DNA from: a bacterium
Lineage (GTDB): Bacteria > Thermosulfidibacterota > Thermosulfidibacteria > Thermosulfidibacterales > JALWSI01
Direction of reading: 5' to 3'
Assembly (NCBI GenBank): GCA_027080315.1
Contig: JALWSI010000222.1
Span: 1-39,292 of the forward strand
DNA: 39,292 bases
Within the stretch, counting starts at the first letter, position 1. Each line of letters starts with the position of its first letter. Positions 1 through 8,647 of this stretch are shown here, piece by piece. The translations under genes and the position numbers were made by a program. The notes under the pieces were generated by a model. The model was not told the DNA's origin. It searched no databases and saw only the letters and a list, made by a program, of their open reading frames with translations.

Positions 1-459
1 AAGATCAATCTCATGTTCAAAGCTACCACGGCTCAGGTGGCGCACATTGGTTCTCTCCATCACCACCACCTGTGGATGCGCCCTCAGCTTAGGATCCAGC
101 TGGCCATATCCCACATCAACAGCATAAACCAATTTGGCGCCTTTCAGGAGCAGACAATGGGTGAACCCGCCGGTAGAGGCGCCAAAGTCTGCTGCGGTTT
201 TACCTTGCACAGAGATATTGAAGCCTTCAATGGCGGCTTCAAGCTTAACCCCTCCCCAACCCACATAGGGAATCTGCTCTTCAACCTCTAAGGAGACATC
301 AGGAGGCAGAAGCTCTCCTGCCTTCTCAACAACTCTTCCCTCTGCCCTCACCAGACCTGCCATGATGAGGGCCTTGGCCTTTTCTCGGCTTGAAGCAAGG
401 CCTCTCTTCACAATTAGCAGATCAGCCCGCTCTTTCTTGGAAGGTTCAGCTCTGTTCAA
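1..459 (-). CDS. tlyA: TlyA-family rRNA (cytidine-2'-O)-methyltransferase, N-terminal ~153 aa; the 3' end runs off the window start
   Basis: My reverse-strand translation reads [135 protein letters not shown]. That is an S4-like domain followed by an FtsJ/SAM-binding motif. It is absent from the ORF track because it is truncated. The only in-frame start after the upstream stop is TTG at 457-459, overlapping the csrA 3' end by 14 nt. Confidence 0.8.
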   Translation of the reverse strand, partial: MNRAEPSKKERADLLIVKRGLASSREKAKALIMAGLVRAEGRVVEKAGELLPPDVSLEVEEQIPYVGWGGVKLEAAIEGFNISVQGKTAADFGASTGGFTHCLLLKGAKLVYAVDVGYGQLDPKLRAHPQVVVMERTNVRHLSRGSFEHEIDL

Positions 460-676
460 GAATCTCCGGAAGACCCTCTGGGATCTCTACCGCGCTTCTT
501 GCAGCCTCAATGTTCTCTCTCAAAATGGCCTCGTAAACCTCTTTTCGGTGAACCGAAAGCTCCCTGGGCGCCTCTATGCCCAGTTTCACGGACTTTCCTG
601 AGATCTCAACCACCTTAACCTCAATGTTGTCTCCAATGATGATGCTCTCGTCCACCTTGCGGGTTAGAACCAGCAT
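446..676 (-). CDS. csrA: Carbon storage regulator CsrA (76 aa, long C-terminal tail)
   Basis: [51 protein letters not shown] is the canonical CsrA fold signature. ATG at 676 is preferred over the track's TTG at 682. It starts 6 nt after the fliW stop. Confidence 0.93.
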   Translation of the reverse strand: MLVLTRKVDESIIIGDNIEVKVVEISGKSVKLGIEAPRELSVHRKEVYEAILRENIEAARSAVEIPEGLPEILEQS

Positions 677-682
677 GGCCAA

Positions 683-1120
683 TCAGTCCTTGAACACCCT
701 GTGCTTGGTAGAATACTGGCTATCCACCAGCACCAGCTGCTTACCCAGTCTCTCCTTACGGTTTATCACCACAGGGGCCTTGAGGTTGGCTGTCATCTTT
801 TTAGGCTCGTTGGGAGGAATCACCAACATCACCCACACCTCTGCATCGGTAGGCTCGGTTATCTTCAGCTTGGCCGCCTCGTCTCTGGTTATGGCCACCC
901 GGTAAGAGGGCTCAACAAGCTGAGCGGGAAGAAGCACAAAGGCCAGAGCCGGATCATCAACCGACTGAAGCCACTTGAAGGGGGTTATCCCTTTTTTAGT
1001 TTTATGATCAAGAAGAACAAAGCTACTGGTGTGGGGAAAGCCTATTATGGGCTCCACCATTGAGATGATCTCTTTCTCATCAATCTCCAACTTTCCAAAC
1101 CTTGTGGTCTCTATCTGCAA
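683..1120 (-). CDS. fliW: Flagellar assembly factor FliW (CsrA antagonist)
   Basis: 145 aa beginning MQIETTRFGKLEIDEKEIISMVEPIIGFPHTSSFVLLD..., with typical FliW N-terminus and size. TTG start at 1118-1120 is preceded by AAGGAGAGG. It lies immediately upstream of csrA, the conserved fliW-csrA pairing. Confidence 0.9.
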   Translation of the reverse strand: MQIETTRFGKLEIDEKEIISMVEPIIGFPHTSSFVLLDHKTKKGITPFKWLQSVDDPALAFVLLPAQLVEPSYRVAITRDEAAKLKITEPTDAEVWVMLVIPPNEPKKMTANLKAPVVINRKERLGKQLVLVDSQYSTKHRVFKD

Positions 1121-1247
1121 CGGACCTCTCCTTAAAAGCGGCTCGGTTTCTTGGGGTGGTTGTAATACAGACCTCCCTTAAACGCAAGAAACGGTCCGTC
1201 TCTGATGTTTACAAAGGACTTCTGTTCTGGTTATTAAGCAAGTCGCC

Positions 1248-2546
1248 ATGGACAGAATCTTGATGATCGTTATTGACGGATTGGGAGACCAGGCCCAGGA
1301 CGACCTTGGGAGGCGCACCCCTCTGCAAGTGGCCTATACCCCCAATCTGAACCACCTCGCCCTTTTGGGGGGCTGTGGCCTCTACCACGGACTTGCCTCA
1401 GGGGTGATTCTGCCCAGCGATCTGGCACACTTTCTCCTCCTGGGCTACCAAGCAAACCAGTTTCCAGGCAGGGGATACCTTGAGGCCTTAGGGGCCGGTC
1501 TTACCACCCCACCCAATACAGCCCTCTTCATGGCCCAGGGCTGCTGGATAGACGAGAGGGGTGTGCTTTTGGAGAGCCGTCCCAAGATCGGTCAGGAAGA
1601 GTGGGAAGAGGTTCTAAAGGCCATCCCCCTCACCATGCACCACAAAGGCCAAAGGCTCACCCTTCATCCCATCTCTCCCGGTGAGGCCATTGTGGCCATT
1701 GAAGGGGGTTCCCACGAGGTTAGCGACTCCCATCCCCTTGTGCTGGGGGCCCCATCGCTGAAGGTAGAGCCCTTTGAGAAGGGGAACGAGAAGGCACTTG
1801 TCACAGCAGAGCTTCTAAACACCTACCTTATTGAGGTGCACAGGACCCTTCAGAGGCGCTCTTTCAAGGCAAAGGGAGAGAAGGATGAACGCCCCACAAT
1901 AAACGCCATTCTGACCTGGGGAGGGGGAAGGCTGCAGCAGGTGGAGAGTTTAGAGGAGAGATGGGGGCTGAGAAGCGCCTCCTTAGCCTCGGGAAGGGCT
2001 TACAAAGGGCTATCTCTCGCCTTGGGGATGGACCACTACGAGCTGCCAGAGCTGGAGGATCCGGGAGACGATCTTCTGAAGAGGCTGCAACAGGTGGAGA
2101 GGCTTATTGAGGAGTACGACATGGTCTATCTCCACGTGATGGCAATTCACCGAGCCGCCCACACCAGAAACCCCTGGAACAAGGTTGAGGCCATTGAGTC
2201 GTTGGACAGAGCCCTACCCTACTTAGCCGAGCGGTTCGTAACCCAAGACGGGCTTCTTACGGTTATCACCGGCGATCACTCAATACCCTCTTCAGGCTTC
2301 ATGCTCCACAGTGGAGAGCCTGTACCCCTGCTCATAATCGGCTCAAAGGTGCGGCGAGGAGAGACCAGAACCTTTGACGAGGTGGCTGTGGCTCAAGGCT
2401 CTTTGGGGTTCTTAAGGGGACCGGAGCTTATGCACACCATATTGAGCTACACAGGCAGGGGCAACATGTTTGGTCGCTATCAGGGCCCTCAACATCGTCC
2501 CTACTTTTCGCCACACCAGGCAACCCCCATGCCCTGGTGGCATTAA
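1248..2546 (+). CDS. apgM: Cofactor-independent (archaeal-type) phosphoglycerate mutase / metalloenzyme-superfamily phosphomutase
   Basis: 432 aa. The N-terminus ILMIVIDGLGDQ...GRRTPLQVAYTPNLNHLA and the C-terminal ITGDHSIPSSGFMLHSGEPVPLLI match the ApgM metal-binding motifs. Confidence 0.82.
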   Translation: MDRILMIVIDGLGDQAQDDLGRRTPLQVAYTPNLNHLALLGGCGLYHGLASGVILPSDLAHFLLLGYQANQFPGRGYLEALGAGLTTPPNTALFMAQGCWIDERGVLLESRPKIGQEEWEEVLKAIPLTMHHKGQRLTLHPISPGEAIVAIEGGSHEVSDSHPLVLGAPSLKVEPFEKGNEKALVTAELLNTYLIEVHRTLQRRSFKAKGEKDERPTINAILTWGGGRLQQVESLEERWGLRSASLASGRAYKGLSLALGMDHYELPELEDPGDDLLKRLQQVERLIEEYDMVYLHVMAIHRAAHTRNPWNKVEAIESLDRALPYLAERFVTQDGLLTVITGDHSIPSSGFMLHSGEPVPLLIIGSKVRRGETRTFDEVAVAQGSLGFLRGPELMHTILSYTGRGNMFGRYQGPQHRPYFSPHQATPMPWWH

Positions 2547-2551
2547 GACCC

Positions 2552-4792
2552 TTAGAATTTGGGCTTTTTGCCGTTCACAACCCGTTCTACGGCCTGTGCC
2601 AGCTCTTGCAGGGAGAAGGGCTTGGGCAAGGCACCCACAAAACCGTACTCTTTGAAGTTTGTCACAGCCTTATCCGAGCTTGCAACGCTGGTGATGATAA
2701 CCTTGGCCTTTGGGTCAACCTCAAGGATGGACCTGCAGGTCTCCTTACCATCCATGCTCTCTTCAGGCATCAACAGGTCAAGAATAACAACATCAAAAGG
2801 AGCACCTGCATCCTTAGCCTCTTTGAACTTTTCAACCGCCTCTTTTCCGTTGTCCACCGCCACCACACAGTAACCGAGGTTACTTAGCAGGGTGCAGAAG
2901 AGTTCCTTCTGGTAAGGGTCATCCTCCATCACCAGAACCTTGCCATTTCCTCTCAAACAGGCTTCAGAGGCGCTATCGGCCGCCGGCAACAACACTGTGA
3001 AGGTGCTTCCCTCTCCTAAGACAGACTCTACCTCAATATCTCCACCGTGCCTTTTCACCACAGAGTAGGCAATAGAGAGGCCCAACCCCCTACCCATCTC
3101 CTTTGTGGTGAAGAAGGGATCAAATATGCGTTTCTGCTGCTCTACGGGAATTCCAGGGCCAGCATCAGAAATCCTAACAGCCACATACCTACCATCTGGC
3201 AAAGAGAGATCGGGATCCCCTGCCGGAGGCACTGTGATATTTTCGGCCCTCACATAAACTATTCCGCCCTCAGGCATAGCTTCTTTGGCATTGGTGATTA
3301 TCTCGCTAAAGGCATTAAGGAGCTGATGGTAGTCTCCTTTCACATCCCAGAGATCGGGAGAGATGTCCAGAGAGATCCTCACCTTTCCACTCTCATTCCT
3401 TTTCAGAACATCTTGCACAGACTCACCCAAAAGCTCCTTCAATGAGACCACCTTGCTCACAGGAACGCCACCAGGGGAGAAGGTGATGAGCTTTCTGGTA
3501 AGGGTTGCCGCCCTCAACACGGCCCTCTCTGCCTTCTCAAGCATCTCATCGGCTTTTGTAGAAACCCCAAATTCTCTGGCCATGGTGATATTACCCACCA
3601 CTATGGCCAGTATGTTATTGAAATCGTGGGCTATGCCACCTGCCAGCTCTCCTACGGCCTGCAGTTTTCTAAACTGCAGCACCTGCTCCTGTAGCATGGT
3701 CTCCTTTGTCACATCCCTGCAGGCCACCAGCATCATCCAACCTTTCTTTTCCTCTTTGGGAATCTTGCTGGCCACTGCATCCACCCAAATCTCTACTCCG
3801 TCAGACCGTTTGAAGAGCCACTTAAAAGAGACCCTCTCTTTCACCAGAACATCAGAGGCCCAAGAATTGAACTTCTTGAAGGAAGGCACCCCGTCGGGCT
3901 GCTGTTCAGGAGAAATCTCAGCAGGATGTACCAAAACCTGGGACATCTCTTGACAGCCAAGCATCTCCAGCATAGCCCTGTTGCAATCGCTTATTCTCTC
4001 TCCGTCAAATATGAACATTGGCTCAGGGGAGTTCTCAAACATGGCTCTGAAACGGTATTCTGACATGCTGAGCTTCTTGGTCTCAGCAGAGACCCTTGTG
4101 GTACCCACAAAGATCAATAGAAGTCCAGCAATCCATAAAAATAGATCAACCATTACTGAACGGGCAATCTCTCGTCTTTCAAGAAGAAGATACGGCTTTA
4201 AGGGGACAAAAACGCTTATCCCTCCCCTTATGTCCCCAAGTTTGTATCCCTGTTTTGCATGGCACTTAAGACACGCCTTCTCGGTAACCAAAGGGAGCAT
4301 TAGACGTATGGCAGGACCGCCTCTGAAGGTGACCTTCTCCCAATACTCCTTCTCACCCTTCTCAAAAAGGGTAAGAGCCCTTCTCTCCCACTCATCTGGA
4401 GCGTTCTTGGGGTTTATGGGTTTCAAACTGGTTATATGGCCCTGGGTCCCCAGTCTCTTCTTCTGAAGCTCAAACACCTGTCTGGTCATGTAAGCGGGGT
4501 TTATCTTGGTGAGGAGCCTACCCGAAGGGGTCTTTATATCCCTCTCTGGCACCTTAAGGTAAGGATTAGGGGGAGTGGTAGGCGACACAGGGGCATAAAC
4601 CCCGCCGTGCATGGCGTTCCACGCCCTGAAGAGTATGGTCTCTTCAATAAAGGACCTTGCCGCCTCCCTCGCTGAGTTCAGGGCAAATCTATGGATGTGC
4701 TGTATGGTGTAGAGACAGGAGGCCCCTATCCCTAAGGTCCAAATAACCGCAAGAAAAATCCCCCACTTAACGATCTGTTTTCCAGACCTCAT
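2552..4792 (-). CDS. Hybrid sensor histidine kinase: TM, DUF3365-like heme-c (CxxCH) sensor domain, TM, PAS, HisKA, HATPase, receiver
   Basis: 746 aa. Motifs: CLKCH at residues 174-178 in EKACLKCHAKQGYKLGDIRGGISV; H-box GIAHDFNNIL; G-box EMGRGLGLSIA; C-terminal REC with VVILDLLMP. ATG is preceded by GGGGGAAGG. Confidence 0.92.
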   Translation of the reverse strand: MRSGKQIVKWGIFLAVIWTLGIGASCLYTIQHIHRFALNSAREAARSFIEETILFRAWNAMHGGVYAPVSPTTPPNPYLKVPERDIKTPSGRLLTKINPAYMTRQVFELQKKRLGTQGHITSLKPINPKNAPDEWERRALTLFEKGEKEYWEKVTFRGGPAIRLMLPLVTEKACLKCHAKQGYKLGDIRGGISVFVPLKPYLLLERREIARSVMVDLFLWIAGLLLIFVGTTRVSAETKKLSMSEYRFRAMFENSPEPMFIFDGERISDCNRAMLEMLGCQEMSQVLVHPAEISPEQQPDGVPSFKKFNSWASDVLVKERVSFKWLFKRSDGVEIWVDAVASKIPKEEKKGWMMLVACRDVTKETMLQEQVLQFRKLQAVGELAGGIAHDFNNILAIVVGNITMAREFGVSTKADEMLEKAERAVLRAATLTRKLITFSPGGVPVSKVVSLKELLGESVQDVLKRNESGKVRISLDISPDLWDVKGDYHQLLNAFSEIITNAKEAMPEGGIVYVRAENITVPPAGDPDLSLPDGRYVAVRISDAGPGIPVEQQKRIFDPFFTTKEMGRGLGLSIAYSVVKRHGGDIEVESVLGEGSTFTVLLPAADSASEACLRGNGKVLVMEDDPYQKELFCTLLSNLGYCVVAVDNGKEAVEKFKEAKDAGAPFDVVILDLLMPEESMDGKETCRSILEVDPKAKVIITSVASSDKAVTNFKEYGFVGALPKPFSLQELAQAVERVVNGKKPKF

Positions 4793-4908
4793 CCTTCCCC
4801 CTTAGATAAGGTGAGCCCCCCTTTTGGTGCTCTTCCTCTATTCTCGCCTTTTCAAAAAGTCAAGGTTGTTGCCATCACTCAATACTCTTGGTAGAGGATG
4901 CCCCTGTT

Positions 4909-5586
4909 ATGGATGGCTTCAGCGACCTGCATACCCACACGGTTTACAGCGACGGGGTTCTCATCCCCGCCGAGCTGGCCCGAAGGGCTCTGGTTAAGGG
5001 CATAACCCATCTTGCCTTCACAGACCACGGGGACAGCAGCAACCTTGACCTTATCGTTCCAAGGGTGGCTCGTTTGTGTAGAGAGATCAACGGATTGCAG
5101 CTGGGAATAACCCTGCTCCCCGGCATAGAGCTGACCCATGTTCCCCCACCCCTCATTCCCCCTCTGGTTGAGAGGGCGAGATCAATGGGTGCTGTTGTTG
5201 TGGTGGTTCATGGGGAGACGGTGGTGGAACCGGTGGCCCCAGGCACAAACATGGCGGCAATAGAGGCAGGGGTGGACATCCTTGCCCACCCGGGACTGCT
5301 AACAGAAGAGGAGGCCCATCTAGCCGCAGAGCGTGGGGTCTTTCTGGAACTCACGGGACGCCCCGGACACGCCTTCGCCAACGGCCATGTTGCAACCTTG
5401 GCCCGTAAGGCGGGGGCCAAATGCGTGTTCAACACCGACACCCACCAGCCCAAAGACCTCATGGACAAAGCCACCGCCACAAAGGTATTGAGGGGGGCCG
5501 GCCTTTCAGAAAGAGAGGTGGAAGAGGTCTTCTCAAACTCCCTTGAGCTGGCAAAGAAGAAACTGAAAGAGATGAGAGGAGAGTAG
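4909..5586 (+). CDS. PHP-domain metal-dependent phosphoesterase (histidinol-phosphatase-like)
   Basis: MDGFSDLHTHTVYSDG... plus later HGE/H/D motifs typical of the PHP family. The track ORF begins at TTG 4888; I prefer the in-frame ATG at 4909. Confidence 0.75.
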   Translation: MDGFSDLHTHTVYSDGVLIPAELARRALVKGITHLAFTDHGDSSNLDLIVPRVARLCREINGLQLGITLLPGIELTHVPPPLIPPLVERARSMGAVVVVVHGETVVEPVAPGTNMAAIEAGVDILAHPGLLTEEEAHLAAERGVFLELTGRPGHAFANGHVATLARKAGAKCVFNTDTHQPKDLMDKATATKVLRGAGLSEREVEEVFSNSLELAKKKLKEMRGE

Positions 5587-5591
5587 TTAAG

Positions 5592-6275
5592 ATGGCAAAG
5601 GCAAAGCTAAAGAAGAGAAATAAGAAGAAGGATGTCACCGAGCCAGACGAGTTTATTCTAACCGTATCCTCGGCCTTCAGCTACCTAATGGAGCACAAGC
5701 TCATGTTGGCGGGGAGCATTCTGGCAATTCTGCTGGTGGTGGTGGCCGTTGGAGGCACAGCCTACTACCGGAACTCCTACGTTCAGAGAGCCTCCATGGA
5801 GTTCGGAGACGCCCTCCAGTACTTCCACGCAGGTGCAGAGGCAACCCCGGCAAACGCCACAGCCATAAAAAACGCCCTCAAGGGCTTCAAGAAGGTGACA
5901 AAAGAGTACTCGGTCTCTCCCTTTGCCAAGTACTCAAGGCTCTACATTGCAAGGTGTTACCAGCTTCTTGGAAAGACCGACAGGGCAATAGAGGAGTACA
6001 AAACGGCTCTGCAGAAGCTGGGAGAAGAGCCCCTTGCGGTTCCCTGGCGTGTCACCGCGGCCTATGCAGACCAGAGCGAGCTGAAAGAGATGGAGTCCCT
6101 TCTTGGCAAGAACGGGGTGATGATGGAACCCTACCTTCGCTACTCTCTGGCCATGCTTTACGAGACCAAAGGGGAAAAAGAGAAGGCTATAGAGGAGCTC
6201 AAGAAGGTGAAGGACCAGTTCCCGTCTTCTCCCTTTGCAGAAGACGCAAGAAAAGCCCTTGAGTTGCTAAAGTGA
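5592..6275 (+). CDS. Membrane-anchored tetratricopeptide-repeat protein (YfgM-like)
   Basis: 227 aa with a Lys-rich N-terminus, one TM helix (LMLAGSILAILLVVVAVGGTAYY), then TPR-like repeats (ARCYQLLGKTDRAIEEYK, AMLYETKGEKEKAIEEL). Confidence 0.6.
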   Translation: MAKAKLKKRNKKKDVTEPDEFILTVSSAFSYLMEHKLMLAGSILAILLVVVAVGGTAYYRNSYVQRASMEFGDALQYFHAGAEATPANATAIKNALKGFKKVTKEYSVSPFAKYSRLYIARCYQLLGKTDRAIEEYKTALQKLGEEPLAVPWRVTAAYADQSELKEMESLLGKNGVMMEPYLRYSLAMLYETKGEKEKAIEELKKVKDQFPSSPFAEDARKALELLK

Positions 6276-6280
6276 GACCC

Positions 6281-8056
6281 ATGGCCCAAAAGCTCTTCCT
6301 TTCAGGTGACGAAGCCATAGCCCGAGGGGCCTGGGAGGCAGGGGTTAAGTTCGCCTCTGCTTACCCCGGAACCCCGAGTACAGACATAGTGGACTCGGCA
6401 GCAAAGTATCCGGAGATCTATGCCCAGTGGTCCCCCAACGAGAAGGTAGCCTTAGAGGTGGGCATAGGGGCCTCAAGGGCAGGGGTGAGGGTGCTGGTGG
6501 CCATGAAGCACGTTGGGCTCAATGTAGCTGCGGATCCCTTCATGACCTTCTCCTACACAGGGGTTGGTGGTGGCACCCTCATCGTTAGCGCCGACGATCC
6601 CGGGATGCACAGCTCACAGAACGAACAGGACAACCGCACCTACGCCCGCATGGCGAAGGTCCCTATGCTTGAGCCTGCGGATCCCGAAGAGTGCCGCAGG
6701 CTGGCCCTATTTGCCTACCAGCTAAGCGAAGAGTACGACACCCCGGTCCTCATGCGGATCACCACCAGAATAGCCCATGGCAAAGGTATTGTGAACATGG
6801 GGGAGCGCCAAGAGGTTGAGCCTGCCGACTCTTGGAAGGCAGACACCGAAAAGTGGGTTATGCTGCCCACCTTTGCCCGCATGAGACACCCAAAGGTTGA
6901 AGAGAGCATCCAGAAACTGGCTGTGCTCTCTGATCAATGGGAAGAGAACAGAATCATCAATTTGGACGGAGAAGCGGATTTCGGCTTCATCTCAAGCGGA
7001 GTACCGTACCAGTACGTCCGTGAGGCCTTTCCAGAGTCCCCTGTGCTGAAGCTAACAATGACCCATCCCCTGCCTGAGGAGAAGATCAGAGAGTTTGCAA
7101 GCAAGGTCAAAAGACTCTACGTGGTTGAAGAGCTTGACCCCTTCCTTGAGATGGCCATCAAGGCCATGGGGATAAAGGTGATAGGCAAAGAGGCCTTCCC
7201 CATCCTTGGAGAGCTCTCAACAGAGCTGGTTTATGAAGGGGTTACAGGAAAAGAGAGAAAGCCCTTAATCAACGTTCCAGAGAACCTACCTGCAAGGCCC
7301 CCAACCTTGTGCGCCGGCTGCCCCCATAGAGGTGTCTTCACCGTGCTGCGTAAGCTGAAGGTGGTGGTGATGGGAGACATTGGCTGCTACACCCTGGCGG
7401 GATTGCCCCCCCTCAACGCCCTTCACGCCTGCGTATGCATGGGAGCAGGCATTGGCATGGCCCACGGCGCCACCATGGCAGGGGCACCTTCGGACAAGAC
7501 CGTTGCCATTATCGGGGACTCCACCTTCATGCACTCTGGGATAACCGGGGTGATGGACATAGTGTACAACAAGGGGGTGGCCACTGTGATTGTGCTTGAC
7601 AACTCAACCACCGCCATGACGGGAAAGCAGGATCACCCGGGAACCGGGGTCACCCTGAAAGGGGAGAAGACGAAGAAGGTCTCCATTGAGGCCATATGCC
7701 GAGCCGTAGGGGTTGAGAGGGTGCGCTACATTGATCCCTACGATCTTGAAGAGACCCAGAAGGTGCTGAAAGAAGAGCTTGAGGCCAAGGAGCCTTCGGT
7801 GATCATCACCACAAGGCCCTGCACCCTCATCACCAAAGAGAGGCCCGGCATCACCTACACCGTTGATGAAGATAAGTGCATAGGCTGCGGTCAGTGCTCA
7901 AATGTGGCCTGTGTGGCGGTCTTCTTGAGCGGCAACGGCACCAAAGTGGCCAAGGTGGATCCCCTGCTCTGCTACGGCTGCGGGGTGTGCGCCCAGGTCT
8001 GCCCCACAAAGGCTATTGTGAGCACCAACGGAGATGGAAAGGAGAAGAGGCCATGA
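6281..8056 (+). CDS. iorA: Indolepyruvate:ferredoxin oxidoreductase alpha subunit
   Basis: N-terminus MAQKLFLSGDEAIARGAWEAGVKFASAYPGTPST; TPP-binding GDSTFMHSG; C-terminal 2x[4Fe-4S] motifs CIGCGQC and CYGCGVCAQVCP. ATG 6281 is preferred over the track's GTG 6272. Confidence 0.9.
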   Translation: MAQKLFLSGDEAIARGAWEAGVKFASAYPGTPSTDIVDSAAKYPEIYAQWSPNEKVALEVGIGASRAGVRVLVAMKHVGLNVAADPFMTFSYTGVGGGTLIVSADDPGMHSSQNEQDNRTYARMAKVPMLEPADPEECRRLALFAYQLSEEYDTPVLMRITTRIAHGKGIVNMGERQEVEPADSWKADTEKWVMLPTFARMRHPKVEESIQKLAVLSDQWEENRIINLDGEADFGFISSGVPYQYVREAFPESPVLKLTMTHPLPEEKIREFASKVKRLYVVEELDPFLEMAIKAMGIKVIGKEAFPILGELSTELVYEGVTGKERKPLINVPENLPARPPTLCAGCPHRGVFTVLRKLKVVVMGDIGCYTLAGLPPLNALHACVCMGAGIGMAHGATMAGAPSDKTVAIIGDSTFMHSGITGVMDIVYNKGVATVIVLDNSTTAMTGKQDHPGTGVTLKGEKTKKVSIEAICRAVGVERVRYIDPYDLEETQKVLKEELEAKEPSVIITTRPCTLITKERPGITYTVDEDKCIGCGQCSNVACVAVFLSGNGTKVAKVDPLLCYGCGVCAQVCPTKAIVSTNGDGKEKRP

Positions 8057-8628
8057 AGAGCTACAACCTCCTCTTTGCAGGAGTGGGGGGACAAGGGGTG
8101 CTACTGGCCTCTGAGGTGATCTCTGCCTTGGCCATGAACCGTGGCTGGGATGTGAAGAAGAGCGAAATCCACGGCATGGCCCAGAGAGGGGGCAGTGTGG
8201 TCTCCCACGTGAGAATCTCTGAGACCCAGGTCTTCTCTCCCACCATCCCTCTGGGAGAAGCCACCCACCTCGTCTCCTTTGAAGAGCTTGAGACCCTCAG
8301 GTACCTTGACCACATGAGCCCCCAAGGACTGGTGATCATGAACCTCCAAAGGGTGAACCCCATGACGGTGCTTGCGGGAGCCGCCGAGTATCCCACCAAC
8401 GCCTCAGAACTCATAAAGGAAAGACTGAGGCTCATTGAGGTTAATGGGGTAGAGCTGGCCCAAAAGGCGGGGAATCCAAGGGCAGTTAACACGGTGCTTC
8501 TGGGTGTGCTCTCAAAGGACCTTCCCTTTGAAGAAGAGGAGTGGATAGACACCTTTAAGCAGGTGGTGCCCCCCAAGATACTTGAGATCAACCTCAAGGC
8601 CTTCAGGCTGGGGAGAGAGGCGGGCTAA
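8053..8628 (+). CDS. iorB: Indolepyruvate:ferredoxin oxidoreductase beta subunit
   Basis: Internal ATG of track ORF 7876..8628. MKSYNLLFAGVGGQGVLLASEVISALAMNRGWDVKKSEIHGMAQRGGSVVSHVRI is the IorB signature. ATGA overlap with the iorA stop. Confidence 0.9.
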   Translation: MKSYNLLFAGVGGQGVLLASEVISALAMNRGWDVKKSEIHGMAQRGGSVVSHVRISETQVFSPTIPLGEATHLVSFEELETLRYLDHMSPQGLVIMNLQRVNPMTVLAGAAEYPTNASELIKERLRLIEVNGVELAQKAGNPRAVNTVLLGVLSKDLPFEEEEWIDTFKQVVPPKILEINLKAFRLGREAG

Positions 8629-8647
8629 GCCACCTCTCTCCAAAGAA

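Noticed and set aside
13-291. Plus-strand ORF with a HHHH run at the window start, plus the neighbouring plus-strand ORFs 362..601, 576..905 and 701..1063.
   Set aside because: They are antisense to unmistakable tlyA, csrA and fliW coding sequence. The His run is the complement of the VVVM codons in tlyA.
1121-1200. CGGACC (1121) and GGTCCG (about 1192) are inverted 6-mers about 65 nt apart in the fliW/apgM divergent region. I also looked for riboswitch-like structure upstream of apgM.
   Set aside because: The arms are too short and too far apart. The first arm is part of the fliW SD/start context. I recognise no conserved riboswitch core sequence.
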